DNA from: Squalus acanthias
Lineage: Eukaryota
Length of the DNA stretch: 64,000 bases
Direction of reading: 5' to 3'
Assembly (NCBI GenBank): GCA_030390025.1
Contig: JASTWF010000037.1
Coordinates: 186,001 to 250,000, forward strand
This document shows positions 40,701 to 54,169 of this stretch, in pieces. The notes beneath the pieces are model-generated. The model was not told the DNA's origin, made no database searches, and worked only from the letters and a program-made list of their open reading frames with translations. Every line of letters begins with the position of its first letter. The first letter of the stretch is position 1. The position numbers and the translations under genes were made by a program.

Positions 40701-43700
40701 TATAACACTGGGGTACAGTACTGGTGGGTACAGGTCTGTCACTGTATAACACTGGGGTACAGTACTGGTGGGTACAGGTCTGTCACTGTATAACACTGGG
40801 GTACAGTACTGGTGGGTACAGGTCTGTCACTGTATAACACTGGGGTACAGTACTGGTGGGTACAGGTCTGTCACTGTATAACACTGGGGTACAGTACTGG
40901 TGGGTACAGGTCTGTCACTGTATAACACTGGGGTACAGTACTGGTGGGTACAGGTCTGTCACTGTATAACACTGGGGTACAGTACTGGTGGGTACAGGTC
41001 TGTCACTGTATAACACTGGGGTACAGTACTGGTGGGTACAGGTCTGTCACTGTATAACACTGGGGTACAGTACTGGTGGGTACAGGTCTGTCACTGTATA
41101 ACACTGGGGTACAGTACTGGTGGGTACAGGTCTGTCACTGTATAACACTGGGGTACAGTACTGGTGGGTACAGGTCTGTCACTGTATAACACTGGGGTAC
41201 AGTACTGGTGGGTACAGGTCTGTCACTGTATAACACTGGGGTACAGTACTGGTGGGTACAGGTCTGTCACTGTATAACACTGGGGTACAGTACTGGTGGG
41301 TACAGGTCTGTCACTGTATAACACTGGGGTACAGTACTGGTGGGTACAGGTCTGTCACTGTATAACACTGGGGTACAGTACTGGTGGGTACAGGTCTGTC
41401 ACTGTATAACACTGGGGTACAGTACTGGTGGGTACAGGTCTGTCACTGTATAACACTGGGGTACAGTACTGGTGGGTACAGGTCTGTCACTGTATAACAC
41501 TGGGGTACAGTACTGGTGGGTACAGGTCTGTCACTGTATAACACTGGGGTACAGTACTGGTGGGTACAGGTCTGTCACTGTATAACACTGGGGTACAGTA
41601 CTGGTGGGTACAGGTCTGTCACTGTATAACACTGGGTACAGTACTGGTGGGTACAGGTCTGTCACTGTATAACACTGGGGTACAGTACTGGTGGGTACAG
41701 GTCTGTCACTGTATAACACTGGGGTACAGTACTGGTGGGTACAGGTCTGTCACTGTATAACACTGGGGTACAGTACTGGTGGGTACAGGTCTGTCACTGT
41801 ATAACACTGGGGTACAGTACTGGTGGGTACAGGTCTGTCACTGTATAACACTGGGGTACAGTACTGGTGGGTACAGGTCTGTCACTGTATAACACTGGGG
41901 TACAGTACTGGTGGGTACAGGTCTGTCACTGTATAACACTGGGGTACAGTACTGGTGGGTACAGGTCTGTCACTGTATAACACTGGGGTACAGTACTGGT
42001 GGGTACAGGTCTGTCACTGTATAACACTGGGGTACAGTACTGGTGGGTACAGGTCTGTCACTGTATAACACTGGGGTACAGTACTGGTGGGTACAGGTCT
42101 GTCACTGTATAACACTGGGGTACAGTACTGGTGGGTACAGGTCTGTCACTGTATAACACTGGGGTACAGTACTGGTGGGTACAGGTCTGTCACTGTATAA
42201 CACTGGGGTACAGTACTGGTGGGTACAGGTCTGTCACTGTATAACACTGGGGTACAGTACTGGTGGGTACAGGTCTGTCACTGTATAACACTGGGGTACA
42301 GTACTGGTGGGTACAGGTCTGTCACTGTATAACACTGGGGTACAGTACTGGTGGGTACAGGTCTGTCACTGTATAACACTGGGGTACAGTACTGGTGGGT
42401 ACAGGTCTGTCACTGTATAACACTGGGGTACAGTACTGGTGGGTACAGGTCTGTCACTGTATAACACTGGGGTACAGTACTGGTGGGTACAGGTCTGTCA
42501 CTGTATAACACTGGGGTACAGTACTGGTGGGTACAGGTCTGTCACTGTATAACACTGGGGTACAGTACTGGTGGGTACAGGTCTGTCACTGTATAACACT
42601 GGGGTACAGTACTGGTGGGTACAGGTCTGTCACTGTATAACACTGGGGTACAGTACTGGTGGGTACAGGTCTGTCACTGTATAACACTGGGGTACAGTAC
42701 TGGTGGGTACAGGTCTGTCACTGTATAACACTGGGGTACAGTACTGGTGGGTACAGGTCTGTCACTGTATAACACTGGGGTACAGTACTGGTGGGTACAG
42801 GTCTGTCACTGTATAACACTGGGGTACAGTACTGGTGGGTACAGGTCTGTCACTGTATAACACTGGGGTACAGTACTGGTGGGTACAGGTCTGTCACTGT
42901 ATAACACTGGGGTACAGTACTGGTGGGTACAGGTCTGTCACTGTATAACACTGGGGTACAGTACTGGTGGGTACAGGTCTGTCACTGTATAACACTGGGG
43001 TACAGTACTGGTGGGTACAGGTCTGTCACTGTATAACACTGGGGTACAGTACTGGTGGGTACAGGTCTGTCACTGTATAACACTGGGGTACAGTACTGGT
43101 GGGTACAGGTCTGTCACTGTATAACACTGGGGTACAGTACTGGTGGGTACAGGTCTGTCACTGTATAACACTGGGGTACAGTACTGGTGGGTACAGGTCT
43201 GTCACTGTATAACACTGGGGTACAGTACTGGTGGGTACAGGTCTGTCACTGTATAACACTGGGGTACAGTACTGGTGGGTACAGGTCTGTCACTGTATAA
43301 CACTGGGGTACAGTACTGGTGGGTACAGGTCTGTCACTGTATAACACTGGGGTACAGTACTGGTGGGTACAGGTCTGTCACTGTATAACACTGGGGTACA
43401 GTACTGGTGGGTACAGGTCTGTCACTGTATAACACTGGGGTACAGTACTGGTGGGTACAGGTCTGTCACTGTATAACACTGGGGTACAGTACTGGTGGGT
43501 ACAGGTCTGTCACTGTATAACACTGGGGTACAGTACTGGTGGGTACAGGTCTGTCACTGTATAACACTGGGGTACAGTACTGGTGGGTACAGGTCTGTCA
43601 CTGTATAACACTGGGGTACAGTACTGGTGGGTACAGGTCTGTCACTGTATAACACTGGGGTACAGTACTGGTGGGTACAGGTCTGTCACTGTATAACACT

Positions 43701-46700
43701 GGGGTACAGTACTGGTGGGTACAGGTCTGTCACTGTATAACACTGGGGTACAGTACTGGTGGGTACAGGTCTGTCACTGTATAACACTGGGGTACAGTAC
43801 TGGTGGGTACAGGTCTGTCACTGTATAACACTGGGGTACAGTACTGGTGGGTACAGGTCTGTCACTGTATAACACTGGGGTACAGTACTGGTGGGTACAG
43901 GTCTGTCACTGTATAACACTGGGTACAGTACTGGTGGGTACAGGTCTGTCACTGTATAACACTGGGGTACAGTACTGGTGGGTACAGGTCTGTCACTGTA
44001 TAACACTGGGGTACAGTACTGGTGGGTACAGGTCTGTCACTGTATAACACTGGGGTACAGTACTGGTGGGTACAGGTCTGTCACTGTATAACACTGGGGT
44101 ACAGTACTGGTGGGTACAGGTCTGTCACTGTATAACACTGGGGTACAGTACTGGTGGGTACAGGTCTGTCACTGTATAACACTGGGGTACAGTACTGGTG
44201 GGTACAGGTCTGTCACTGTATAACACTGGGGTACAGTACTGGTGGGTACAGGTCTGTCACTGTATAACACTGGGGTACAGTACTGGTGGGTACAGGTCTG
44301 TCACTGTATAACACTGGGGTACAGTACTGGTGGGTACAGGTCTGTCACTGTATAACACTGGGGTACAGTACTGGTGGGTACAGGTCTGTCACTGTATAAC
44401 ACTGGGGTACAGTACTGGTGGGTACAGGTCTGTCACTGTATAACACTGGGGTACAGTACTGGTGGGTACAGGTCTGTCACTGTATAACACTGGGGTACAG
44501 TACTGGTGGGTACAGGTCTGTCACTGTATAACACTGGGGTACAGTACTGGTGGGTACAGGTCTGTCACTGTATAACACTGGGGTACAGTACTGGTGGGTA
44601 CAGGTCTGTCACTGTATAACACTGGGTACAGTACTGGTGGGTACAGGTCTGTCACTGTATAACACTGGGGTACAGTACTGGTGGGTACAGGTCTGTCACT
44701 GTATAACACTGGGGTACAGTACTGGTGGGTACAGGTCTGTCACTGTATAACACTGGGGTACAGTACTGGTGGGTACAGGTCTGTCACTGTATAACACTGG
44801 GGTACAGTACTGGTGGGTACAGGTCTGTCACTGTATAACACTGGGGTACAGTACTGGTGGGTACAGGTCTGTCACTGTATAACACTGGGGTACAGTACTG
44901 GTGGGTACAGGTCTGTCACTGTATAACACTGGGGTACAGTACTGGTGGGTACAGGTCTGTCACTGTATAACACTGGGGTACAGTACTGGTGGGTACAGGT
45001 CTGTCACTGTATAACACTGGGGTACAGTACTGGTGGGTACAGGTCTGTCACTGTATAACACTGGGGTACAGTACTGGTGGGTACAGGTCTGTCACTGTAT
45101 AACACTGGGGTACAGTACTGGTGGGTACAGGTCTGTCACTGTATAACACTGGGGTACAGTACTGGTGGGTACAGGTCTGTCACTGTATAACACTGGGGTA
45201 CAGTACTGGTGGGTACAGGTCTGTCACTGTATAACACTGGGGTACAGTACTGGTGGGTACAGGTCTGTCACTGTATAACACTGGGGTACAGTACTGGTGG
45301 GTACAGGTCTGTCACTGTATAACACTGGGGTACAGTACTGGTGGGTACAGGTCTGTCACTGTATAACACTGGGGTACAGTACTGGTGGGTACAGGTCTGT
45401 CACTGTATAACACTGGGGTACAGTACTGGTGGGTACAGGTCTGTCACTGTATAACACTGGGGTACAGTACTGGTGGGTACAGGTCTGTCACTGTATAACA
45501 CTGGGGTACAGTACTGGTGGGTACAGGTCTGTCACTGTATAACACTGGGGTACAGTACTGGTGGGTACAGGTCTGTCACTGTATAACACTGGGGTACAGT
45601 ACTGGTGGGTACAGGTCTGTCACTGTATAACACTGGGGTACAGTACTGGTGGGTACAGGTCTGTCACTGTATAACACTGGGGTACAGTACTGGTGGGTAC
45701 AGGTCTGTCACTGTATAACACTGGGGTACAGTACTGGTGGGTACAGGTCTGTCACTGTATAACACTGGGGTACAGTACTGGTGGGTACAGGTCTGTCACT
45801 GTATAACACTGGGGTACAGTACTGGTGGGTACAGGTCTGTCACTGTATAACACTGGGGTACAGTACTGGTGGGTACAGGTCTGTCACTGTATAACACTGG
45901 GGTACAGTACTGGTGGGTACAGGTCTGTCACTGTATAACACTGGGGTACAGTACTGGTGGGTACAGGTCTGTCACTGTATAACACTGGGGTACAGTACTG
46001 GTGGGTACAGGTCTGTCACTGTATAACACTGGGGTACAGTACTGGTGGGTACAGGTCTGTCACTGTATAACACTGGGGTACAGTACTGGTGGGTACAGGT
46101 CTGTCACTGTATAACACTGGGGTACAGTACTGGTGGGTACAGGTCTGTCACTGTATAACACTGGGGTACAGTACTGGTGGGTACAGGTCTGTCACTGTAT
46201 AACACTGGGGTACAGTACTGGTGGGTACAGGTCTGTCACTGTATAACACTGGGGTACAGTACTGGTGGGTACAGGTCTGTCACTGTATAACACTGGGGTA
46301 CAGTACTGGTGGGTACAGGTCTGTCACTGTATAACACTGGGGTACAGTACTGGTGGGTACAGGTCTGTCACTGTATAACACTGGGGTACAGTACTGGTGG
46401 GTACAGGTCTGTCACTGTATAACACTGGGGTACAGTACTGGTGGGTACAGGTCTGTCACTGTATAACACTGGGGTACAGTACTGGTGGGTACAGGTCTGT
46501 CACTGTATAACACTGGGGTACAGTACTGGTGGGTACAGGTCTGTCACTGTATAACACTGGGGTACAGTACTGGTGGGTACAGGTCTGTCACTGTATAACA
46601 CTGGGGTACAGTACTGGTGGGTACAGGTCTGTCACTGTATAACACTGGGGTACAGTACTGGTGGGTACAGGTCTGTCACTGTATAACACTGGGGTACAGT

Positions 46701-49700
46701 ACTGGTGGGTACAGGTCTGTCACTGTATAACACTGGGGTACAGTACTGGTGGGTACAGGTCTGTCACTGTATAACACTGGGGTACAGTACTGGTGGGTAC
46801 AGGTCTGTCACTGTATAACACTGGGGTACAGTACTGGTGGGTACAGGTCTGTCACTGTATAACACTGGGGTACAGTACTGGTGGGTACAGGTCTGTCACT
46901 GTATAACACTGGGGTACAGTACTGGTGGGTACAGGTCTGTCACTGTATAACACTGGGGTACAGTACTGGTGGGTACAGGTCTGTCACTGTATAACACTGG
47001 GGTACAGTACTGGTGGGTACAGGTCTGTCACTGTATAACACTGGGGTACAGTACTGGTGGGTACAGGTCTGTCACTGTATAACACTGGGGTACAGTACTG
47101 GTGGGTACAGGTCTGTCACTGTATAACACTGGGGTACAGTACTGGTGGGTACAGGTCTGTCACTGTATAACACTGGGGTACAGTACTGGTGGGTACAGGT
47201 CTGTCACTGTATAACACTGGGGTACAGTACTGGTGGGTACAGGTCTGTCACTGTATAACACTGGGGTACAGTACTGGTGGGTACAGGTCTGTCACTGTAT
47301 AACACTGGGGTACAGTACTGGTGGGTACAGGTCTGTCACTGTATAACACTGGGGTACAGTACTGGTGGGTACAGGTCTGTCACTGTATAACACTGGGGTA
47401 CAGTACTGGTGGGTACAGGTCTGTCACTGTATAACACTGGGGTACAGTACTGGTGGGTACAGGTCTGTCACTGTATAACACTGGGGTACAGTACTGGTGG
47501 GTACAGGTCTGTCACTGTATAACACTGGGGTACAGTACTGGTGGGTACAGGTCTGTCACTGTATAACACTGGGGTACAGTACTGGTGGGTACAGGTCTGT
47601 CACTGTATAACACTGGGGTACAGTACTGGTGGGTACAGGTCTGTCACTGTATAACACTGGGGTACAGTACTGGTGGGTACAGGTCTGTCACTGTATAACA
47701 CTGGGGTACAGTACTGGTGGGTACAGGTCTGTCACTGTATAACACTGGGGTACAGTACTGGTGGGTACAGGTCTGTCACTGTATAACACTGGGCACAGTA
47801 CTGGTGGGTACAGGTCTGTCACTGTATAACACTGGGGTACAGTACGGGTCGGTACAGGTCTGTCACTGTATAACACTGGGAGTACAGTACTGGTGGGCAC
47901 AGGTCTGTCACTGTATAACACTGTGGTACAGTACTGGTGGGCACAGGTCTGTCACTGTATAACACTGGGTACAGTACTGGTGGGTACAGGTCTGTCACTG
48001 TATAACACTGGGGTACAGTACTGGTGGGTCAGGTCTGTCACTGTATAACACTGGGGTACAGTACTGGTGGGTACAGGTCTGTGACTGTATAACACTGGGG
48101 TACAGTACTGGTGGGTACAGGTCTGTCGCTGTATAACACTGTGGTACAGTACTGGTGGGTACAGGTCTGTCACTATCACTGGAGTACAGTACTGGTGGGT
48201 ACAGGTCTGTCGCTGTATAACACTGCGGTACAGTACTGGTGGGTACAGGTCTGTCACTGTATAACACTGGGGTACAGTACTGGTGTGTCAGGTCTGTCAC
48301 TGTAGAACACTGGGGTACAGTACTGGTGGGTACAGGTCTGTCACTGTATAACACTGGGGTACAGTACTGGTGGGTACAGGTCTGTCACTGTATAACACTG
48401 GGGTACAGTACTGGTGGGTACAGGTCTGTCACTGTATAACACTGGGGTACAGTACTGGTGGGTACAGGTCTGTCACTGTATAACTCTGGGGTACAGTACT
48501 GGTGGGTACAGGTCTGTCACTGTATAACACTGGGGTACAGTACTGGTGGGTACAGGTCTGTCACTGTATAACACTGGGGTACAGTACTGGTGGGTACAGG
48601 TCTGTCACTGTATAACACTGGGGTACAGTACTGGTGGGTACAGGTCTGTCACTGTATAACACTGGGGTACAGTACTGGTGGGTACAGGTCTGTGACTGTA
48701 TAACACTGGGGTACAGTACTGGTGGGTACAGGTCTGTCGCTGTATAACACTGGGTACAGTACTGGTGGGTACAGGTCTGTCACTGTATAACACTGGGGTA
48801 CAGTACTGGTGGGTACAGGTCTGTCACTGTATAACACTGGGGTACAGTACTGGTGGGTACAGGTCTGTCACTGTATAACACTGGGGTACAGTACTGGTGG
48901 GCACAGGTCTGTCACTGTATAACACTGGGGTACAGTACTGGTGGGTACAGGTCTGTCACTGTATACACTGGGTACAGTACTGGTGGGTACAGGTCTGTCA
49001 CTGTATAACACTGGGGTACAGTACTGGTGGGTACAGGTCTGTCACTGTATAACACTGGGGTACAGTACTGGTGGGTACAGGTCTGTCACTGTATAACACT
49101 GTGGTACAGTACTGGTGGGTACAGGTCTGTCACTGTATAACACTGGGTACAGTACTGGTGGGTACAGGTCTGTCACTGTATAACACTGGGGTACAGTACT
49201 GGTGGGTACAGGTCTGTCACTGTATAACACTGGGTACAGTACTGGTGGGACAGGTCTGTCACTGTATAACACTGGGGTACAGTACTGGTGGGTACAGGTC
49301 TGTCACTGTCTCACACTGGGGTACAGTACTGGTGGGGACAGGTCTGTCACTGTATAACACTGGGGTACAGTACTGGTGGGTACAGGTCTGTCAGTGTATA
49401 ACACTGGGGTACAGTGCTGGTGGGTACAGGTCTGTCACTGTATAACTCTGGGGTACAGTACTGGTGGGCACAGGTCTGTCACTGTATAACACTGGGGTAC
49501 AGTACTGGTGGGTACAGGTCTATCACTGTATAACACTGGGGTACAGTACTGGTGGGTACAGGTCTGTCACTGTATAACACTGGGGTGCAGTACTGGTGGG
49601 TACAGGTCTGTCACTGTATAACACTGGGGTACAGTACTGGTGGGTACAGGTCTGTCACTGTATAACACTGGGGTACAGTACCGGTGGTTACATGTCAGTC

Positions 49701-52700
49701 ACTGTATAACACTGGGGTACAGTACTGGTGGGTACAGGTCTGTCACTGTATAACACTAGGGGTACAGTACTGGTGGGTACAGGTCTGTCACTGTATAACA
49801 CTGGGGTACAGTACTGGTGGGTACAGGTCTGTCACTGTATAACACTGGGGTACAGTACTGGTGGGTACAGGTCTGTCACTGTATAACACTGGGGTACAGT
49901 ACTGGTGGGTACAGGTCTGTCACTGTATCACACTGGGGTACAGTACTGGTGGGGACAGGTCTGTCACTGTATAACACTGGGGTACAGTACTGGTGGGTAC
50001 AGGTCTGTCACTGTAGAACACTGGGGTACAGTGCTGGTGGGTACAGGTCTGTCACTGTATAACTCTGGGGTACAGTACTGGTGGGCACAGGTCTGTCACT
50101 GTATAACACTGGGGTACAGTACTGGTGGGTACAGGTCTATCACTGTATAACACTGGGGTACAGTCCTGGTGGGTACAGGTCTGTCACTGTATAACACTGG
50201 GGTGCAGTACTGGTGGGTACAGGTCTGTCACTGTATAACACTGGGGTACAGTACTGGTGGGTACAGGTCTGTCACTGTATAACACTGGGGTACAGTACTG
50301 GTGGGTACATGTCAGTCACTGTATAACACTGGGGTACAGTACTGGTGGGTACAGGTCTGTCACTTTATAACACTAGGGTACAGTACTGGTGGGTACAGGT
50401 CTGTCACTGTATAACACTGGGGTACAGTGCTGGTGGGTACAGGCCTGTCACTGTATAACACTGGGGTACAGTACTGGTGGGTACAGGTCTGTCACTGTAT
50501 AACATTGGGGTACAGTACTGGTGGGTACAGGTCAGTCACTGTATAACACTGGGGTGCAGTACTGGTGTGTACAGGTCTGACACTGTATAACACTGGGGTA
50601 CAGTACTGGTGGGTACACGTCTGTCACTGTATAACATTGGGGTACAGTACTGGTGGGTACAGGTCTGTCACTGTATAACACTGGGGTGCAGTACTGGTGG
50701 GTACAGGTCAGTCACTGTATAACACGGGTACAGTACTGGTGGGTACAGGTCTGTCAGTGTATAACACTGGGGTACAGTACTGGTGGGGACAGGTCTGTCA
50801 CTGTATAACACTGGGGTACAGTACTGGTGGGGACAGGTCTGTCACTGTATAACACTGGGGTACAGTACTGGTGGGTACAGGTCTGTCACTGTCTAACACT
50901 GGGGTACAGTACTGGTGGGGACAGGTCTGTCACTGTATAACACTGGGGTACAGTACTGGTGGGTACAGGTCTGTCAGTGTATAACACTGGGGTACAGTGC
51001 TGGTGGGTACAGGTCTGTCACTGTATAACTCTGGGGTACAGTACTGGTGGGCACAGGTCTGTCACTGTATAACACTGGGGTACAGTACTGGTGGGTACAG
51101 GTCTATCACTGTATAACACTGGGGTACAGTACTGGTGGGTACAGGTCTGTCACTGTATAACACTGGGGTGCAGTACTGGTGGGTACAGGTCTGTCACTGT
51201 ATAACACTGGGGTACAGTACTGGTGGGTACAGGTCTGTCACTGTATAACACTGGGGTACAGTACCGGTGGTTACATGTCAGTCACTGTATAACACTGGGG
51301 TACAGTACTGGTGGGTACAGGTCTGTCACTTTATAACACTAGGGTACAGTACTGGTGGGTACAGGTCTGTCACTGTATAACACTGGGGTACAGTGCTGGT
51401 GGGTACAGGTCTGTCACTGTATAACACTGGGGTACAGTACTGGTGGGTACAGGTCAGTCACTGTATAACACTGGGGTGCAGTACTGGTGGGTACAGGTCT
51501 GTCACTGTATAACACTGGGGTGCAGTACTGGTGTGTACAGGTCTGACACTGTATAACACTGGGGTACAGTACTGGTGGGTACACGTCTGTCACTGTATAA
51601 CATTGGGGTACAGTACTGGTGGGTACAGGTCTGTCACTGTATAACACTGGGGTGCAGTACTGGTGGGTACAGGTCAGTCACTGTATAACACGGGTACAGT
51701 ACTGGTGGGTACAGGTCTGTCAGTGTATAACACTGGGGTACAGTACTGGTGGGGACAGGTCTGTCACTGTATAACACTGGGGTACAGTACTGGTGGGTAC
51801 AGGTCTGTCACTGTATAACACTGGGGCACAGTACTGGTGGGTACAGGTCTGTCACTGTATAACACTGGGGTACAGTACTGGTGGGTACAGGTCTGTCGCT
51901 GTATAACAATGGGGTACAGTACTGGTGGGAACAGGTCTGTCACTGTATAACACTGGGGTACAGTACTGGTGGGTACAGGTCTGTCACTGTATAACACTGG
52001 GGTACAGTACTGGAGGGTACAGGTATTTCACTGTATAACACTGGGGCACAGTACTGGTGGGTACAGGTCTGTCACTGTATAACACTGGGGTACAGTACTG
52101 GTGGGTACAGGTCTGTCACTGTATAACACTGGAGCACAGTACTGGTGAGTACAGGTCTGTCGCTGTATAACACTGGGGTACAGTACTGGTGGGTACAGGT
52201 CTGTCACTGTATAACACTGGGGTACTGTGCTGGTGGGTACAGGTCTGTCACTGTATAACACTGGGGTACAGCACTGGTGGTACAGGTCTGTCGCTGTATA
52301 ACACTGGGGTACAGTAGTGGTGGGTACAGGTCTGTCACTGTATAACACTGGGGTACAGTATTGGTGGGTACAGGTCTGTCACTGTATAACACTGGGGTAC
52401 AGTACTGGTGGGTACAGGTCTGTCACTGTATAACACCGGAGCACAGTACTGGTGGGTACAGGTCTGTCACTTTCTCACACTGGGGTACAGTACTGGTGGG
52501 TACAGGTCTGTCACTGTATAACACTGGGGTACTGTGCTGGTGGGTACAGGTCTGTCACTGTATAACACTGGGGTACAGCACTGGTGGGTACAGGTCTGTC
52601 GCTGTATAACACTGGGGCACAGTACTGGTGAGTACAGGTCTGTCGCTGTATAACACTGGGGTACAGTAGTGGTGGGTACAGGTCTGTCACTGTATAACAC

Positions 52701-53069
52701 TGGGGTACAGTAGTGGTGGGTACAGGTCTGTCACTGTATAACACTGGGGTACAGTACTGGTGGGTACAGGTCTGTCACTGTATAACACCGGAGCACAGTA
52801 CTGGTGGGTACAGGTCTGTCACTTTCTCACACTGGGGTACAGTACTGGTGGGTACAGGTCTGTCACTGTCTAACACTGGGGTACAGTACTGGTGGGTACA
52901 GGTCTGTCACTATATAACATTGGGGTACAATACTGGTGGGGACAGGTCTGTCACTGTATAACACTGGGGTACAGTACTGGTGGGTACAGGTCTGTCACTG
53001 TCTCACACTGGGGTACAGTACTGGTGGGTACAGGTCTGTCACTGTCTCACACTGGGGTACAGTACTGGG
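10758..53069. repeat. About 42.3-kb tandem array of a 44-bp unit TATAACACTGGGGTACAGTACTGGTGGGTACAGGTCTGTCACTG (about 960 copies)
   Basis: Head-to-tail units without spacers. Nearly invariant from about 20000 to 47750, with substitution variants from 47750 to 53069. Confidence 0.99.
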
Positions 53070-53172
53070 GGATTACAGAACCAAGGCAGGTAGATGGATT
53101 TAAGATACAGATCAGCCATGATCTAATTAAATGACTGAACAGGCTCAAGGGGCTGAATGGCCTCCTCCTGTT
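53070..53172 (+). mobile_element. CR1-type LINE 3' end remnant abutting the array
   Basis: agatcagccatgatctaattaaatg...aggggctgaatggcctcctcctg resembles the CR1 3' UTR at 62285-62350. Confidence 0.75.
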
Positions 53173-53412
53173 GCTGTGCTACCTGTGGTTTCAGGCTGGG
53201 GAGCATTGAGGGCGCAACAATCGGCCTCAGCATCCCTGGGCCGAGGGCGGAGCAAGTAAATCAGTCGTACAGCACACGGACCGATCCGGTCCCGCTCGCC
53301 CACAGACACGAGCACTCCACTGCCCGGGGGGTGGCGAGGCGGAGCGGGGGCGGTGGGAGGCGGCTATTGGCCACTGGAGGTCAAGCAGGAGCTCGGGGAT
53401 CCCTGTCTGACT

Positions 53413-53600
53413 TAATGGTGGGGCGATGAAAATCAGGGATGGACAAGAGGCCAGGATCGGAGAAGCGCAGAGATCTCGGGGGGGTTGTAGGGCTGGAGGA
53501 GGTTACAGAAATAGGGAGGGGGGTGTGGGGGCGGCGCCAGGCCACGGAGGGATTTGAAATTGAGGCGTTGCTGGATTGGGAGCCAAAGTAGATCAGCGAG
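53413..53600 (-). mobile_element. L2-clade LINE fragment
   Basis: Similar to 1812-1950 (caagaggccag...agcgcagagatctcgg...ggttacaga). Peptide NLLQPYNPP...LRFSDPGLLSIPDFHRPTI. Confidence 0.8.
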
Positions 53601-53779
53601 AACATTGTGTACGGGCTTTGGTGCTACCTTGTTGTATCCTGCTCTGCAGTCAAACACCCTCTGAATTAAAGGGCTTGTTGTTTTTGTGTGGTGTTATGTA
53701 CCTGGACGACATGTTCACCCCCAACCCGCCCCTTTAAATACCAGCAGCTCTTTTCCCAGCAGTCGTGGCTGACCCGCTC

Positions 53780-53793
53780 CTGCCACCTGGTGG
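53780..53793 (-). promoter_or_regulatory. CTCF consensus motif CCACCAGGTGGCAG
   Basis: 14/14 fit to CCASYAGRKGGCRS in non-TE sequence about 700 bp from the array edge. Confidence 0.55.
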
Positions 53794-54169
53794 GCGTCAC
53801 CCAGTCTGACGGCCGGTTCACTGTCTCGCACGGAGGCACACTCTGTTGTGCAGATCCCCCCCGCCCCCCCGAGTTCTAAACCGCATAACGCTCAAGAGTG
53901 TTCTACCGCCCGCCCCGCAAACCCAATCTCCAAATACCCCTCCTTGGAGAGACTGCAGAGGAGATGCACCAGAATGGTACCAGGGATGAGGGACATCAGA
54001 ACATAAGAAATAGGAGCAGGAGTCGGCCATACAGCCCTTCGAGCCTGCTCCGCCATTCAATGAGATTGTGGCCGATCTTCTGTCTCGACTCCACCTTCCC
54101 GCACTATCGCCATATCCCTTGATTCCCTTAGCATCCATAAATCTATCGCTCTCTGTCTAGAATATACTC

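Noticed and set aside
10758..53069. CRISPR array
   Set aside because: No unique spacers, no cas genes, and a vertebrate context.
10758..53069. V(D)J recombination signals or an Ig switch region (CACTGTA heptamer-like; RGYW motifs GGTA, AGTA)
   Set aside because: The heptamer lacks the essential CAC start in RSS orientation (TACAGTG), there is no nonamer or AGCT, and no Ig/TCR segments are in the window.
10758..53134. Dozens of near-identical 60-230 aa ORFs (MGTGLSLYNTGVQYWW..., MLYSDRPVPTS...)
   Set aside because: The 44-bp unit is not a multiple of 3 and reaches a stop every three units. Listed ORFs mostly appear where an indel or point variant skips the stop, and they have no ATG starts.
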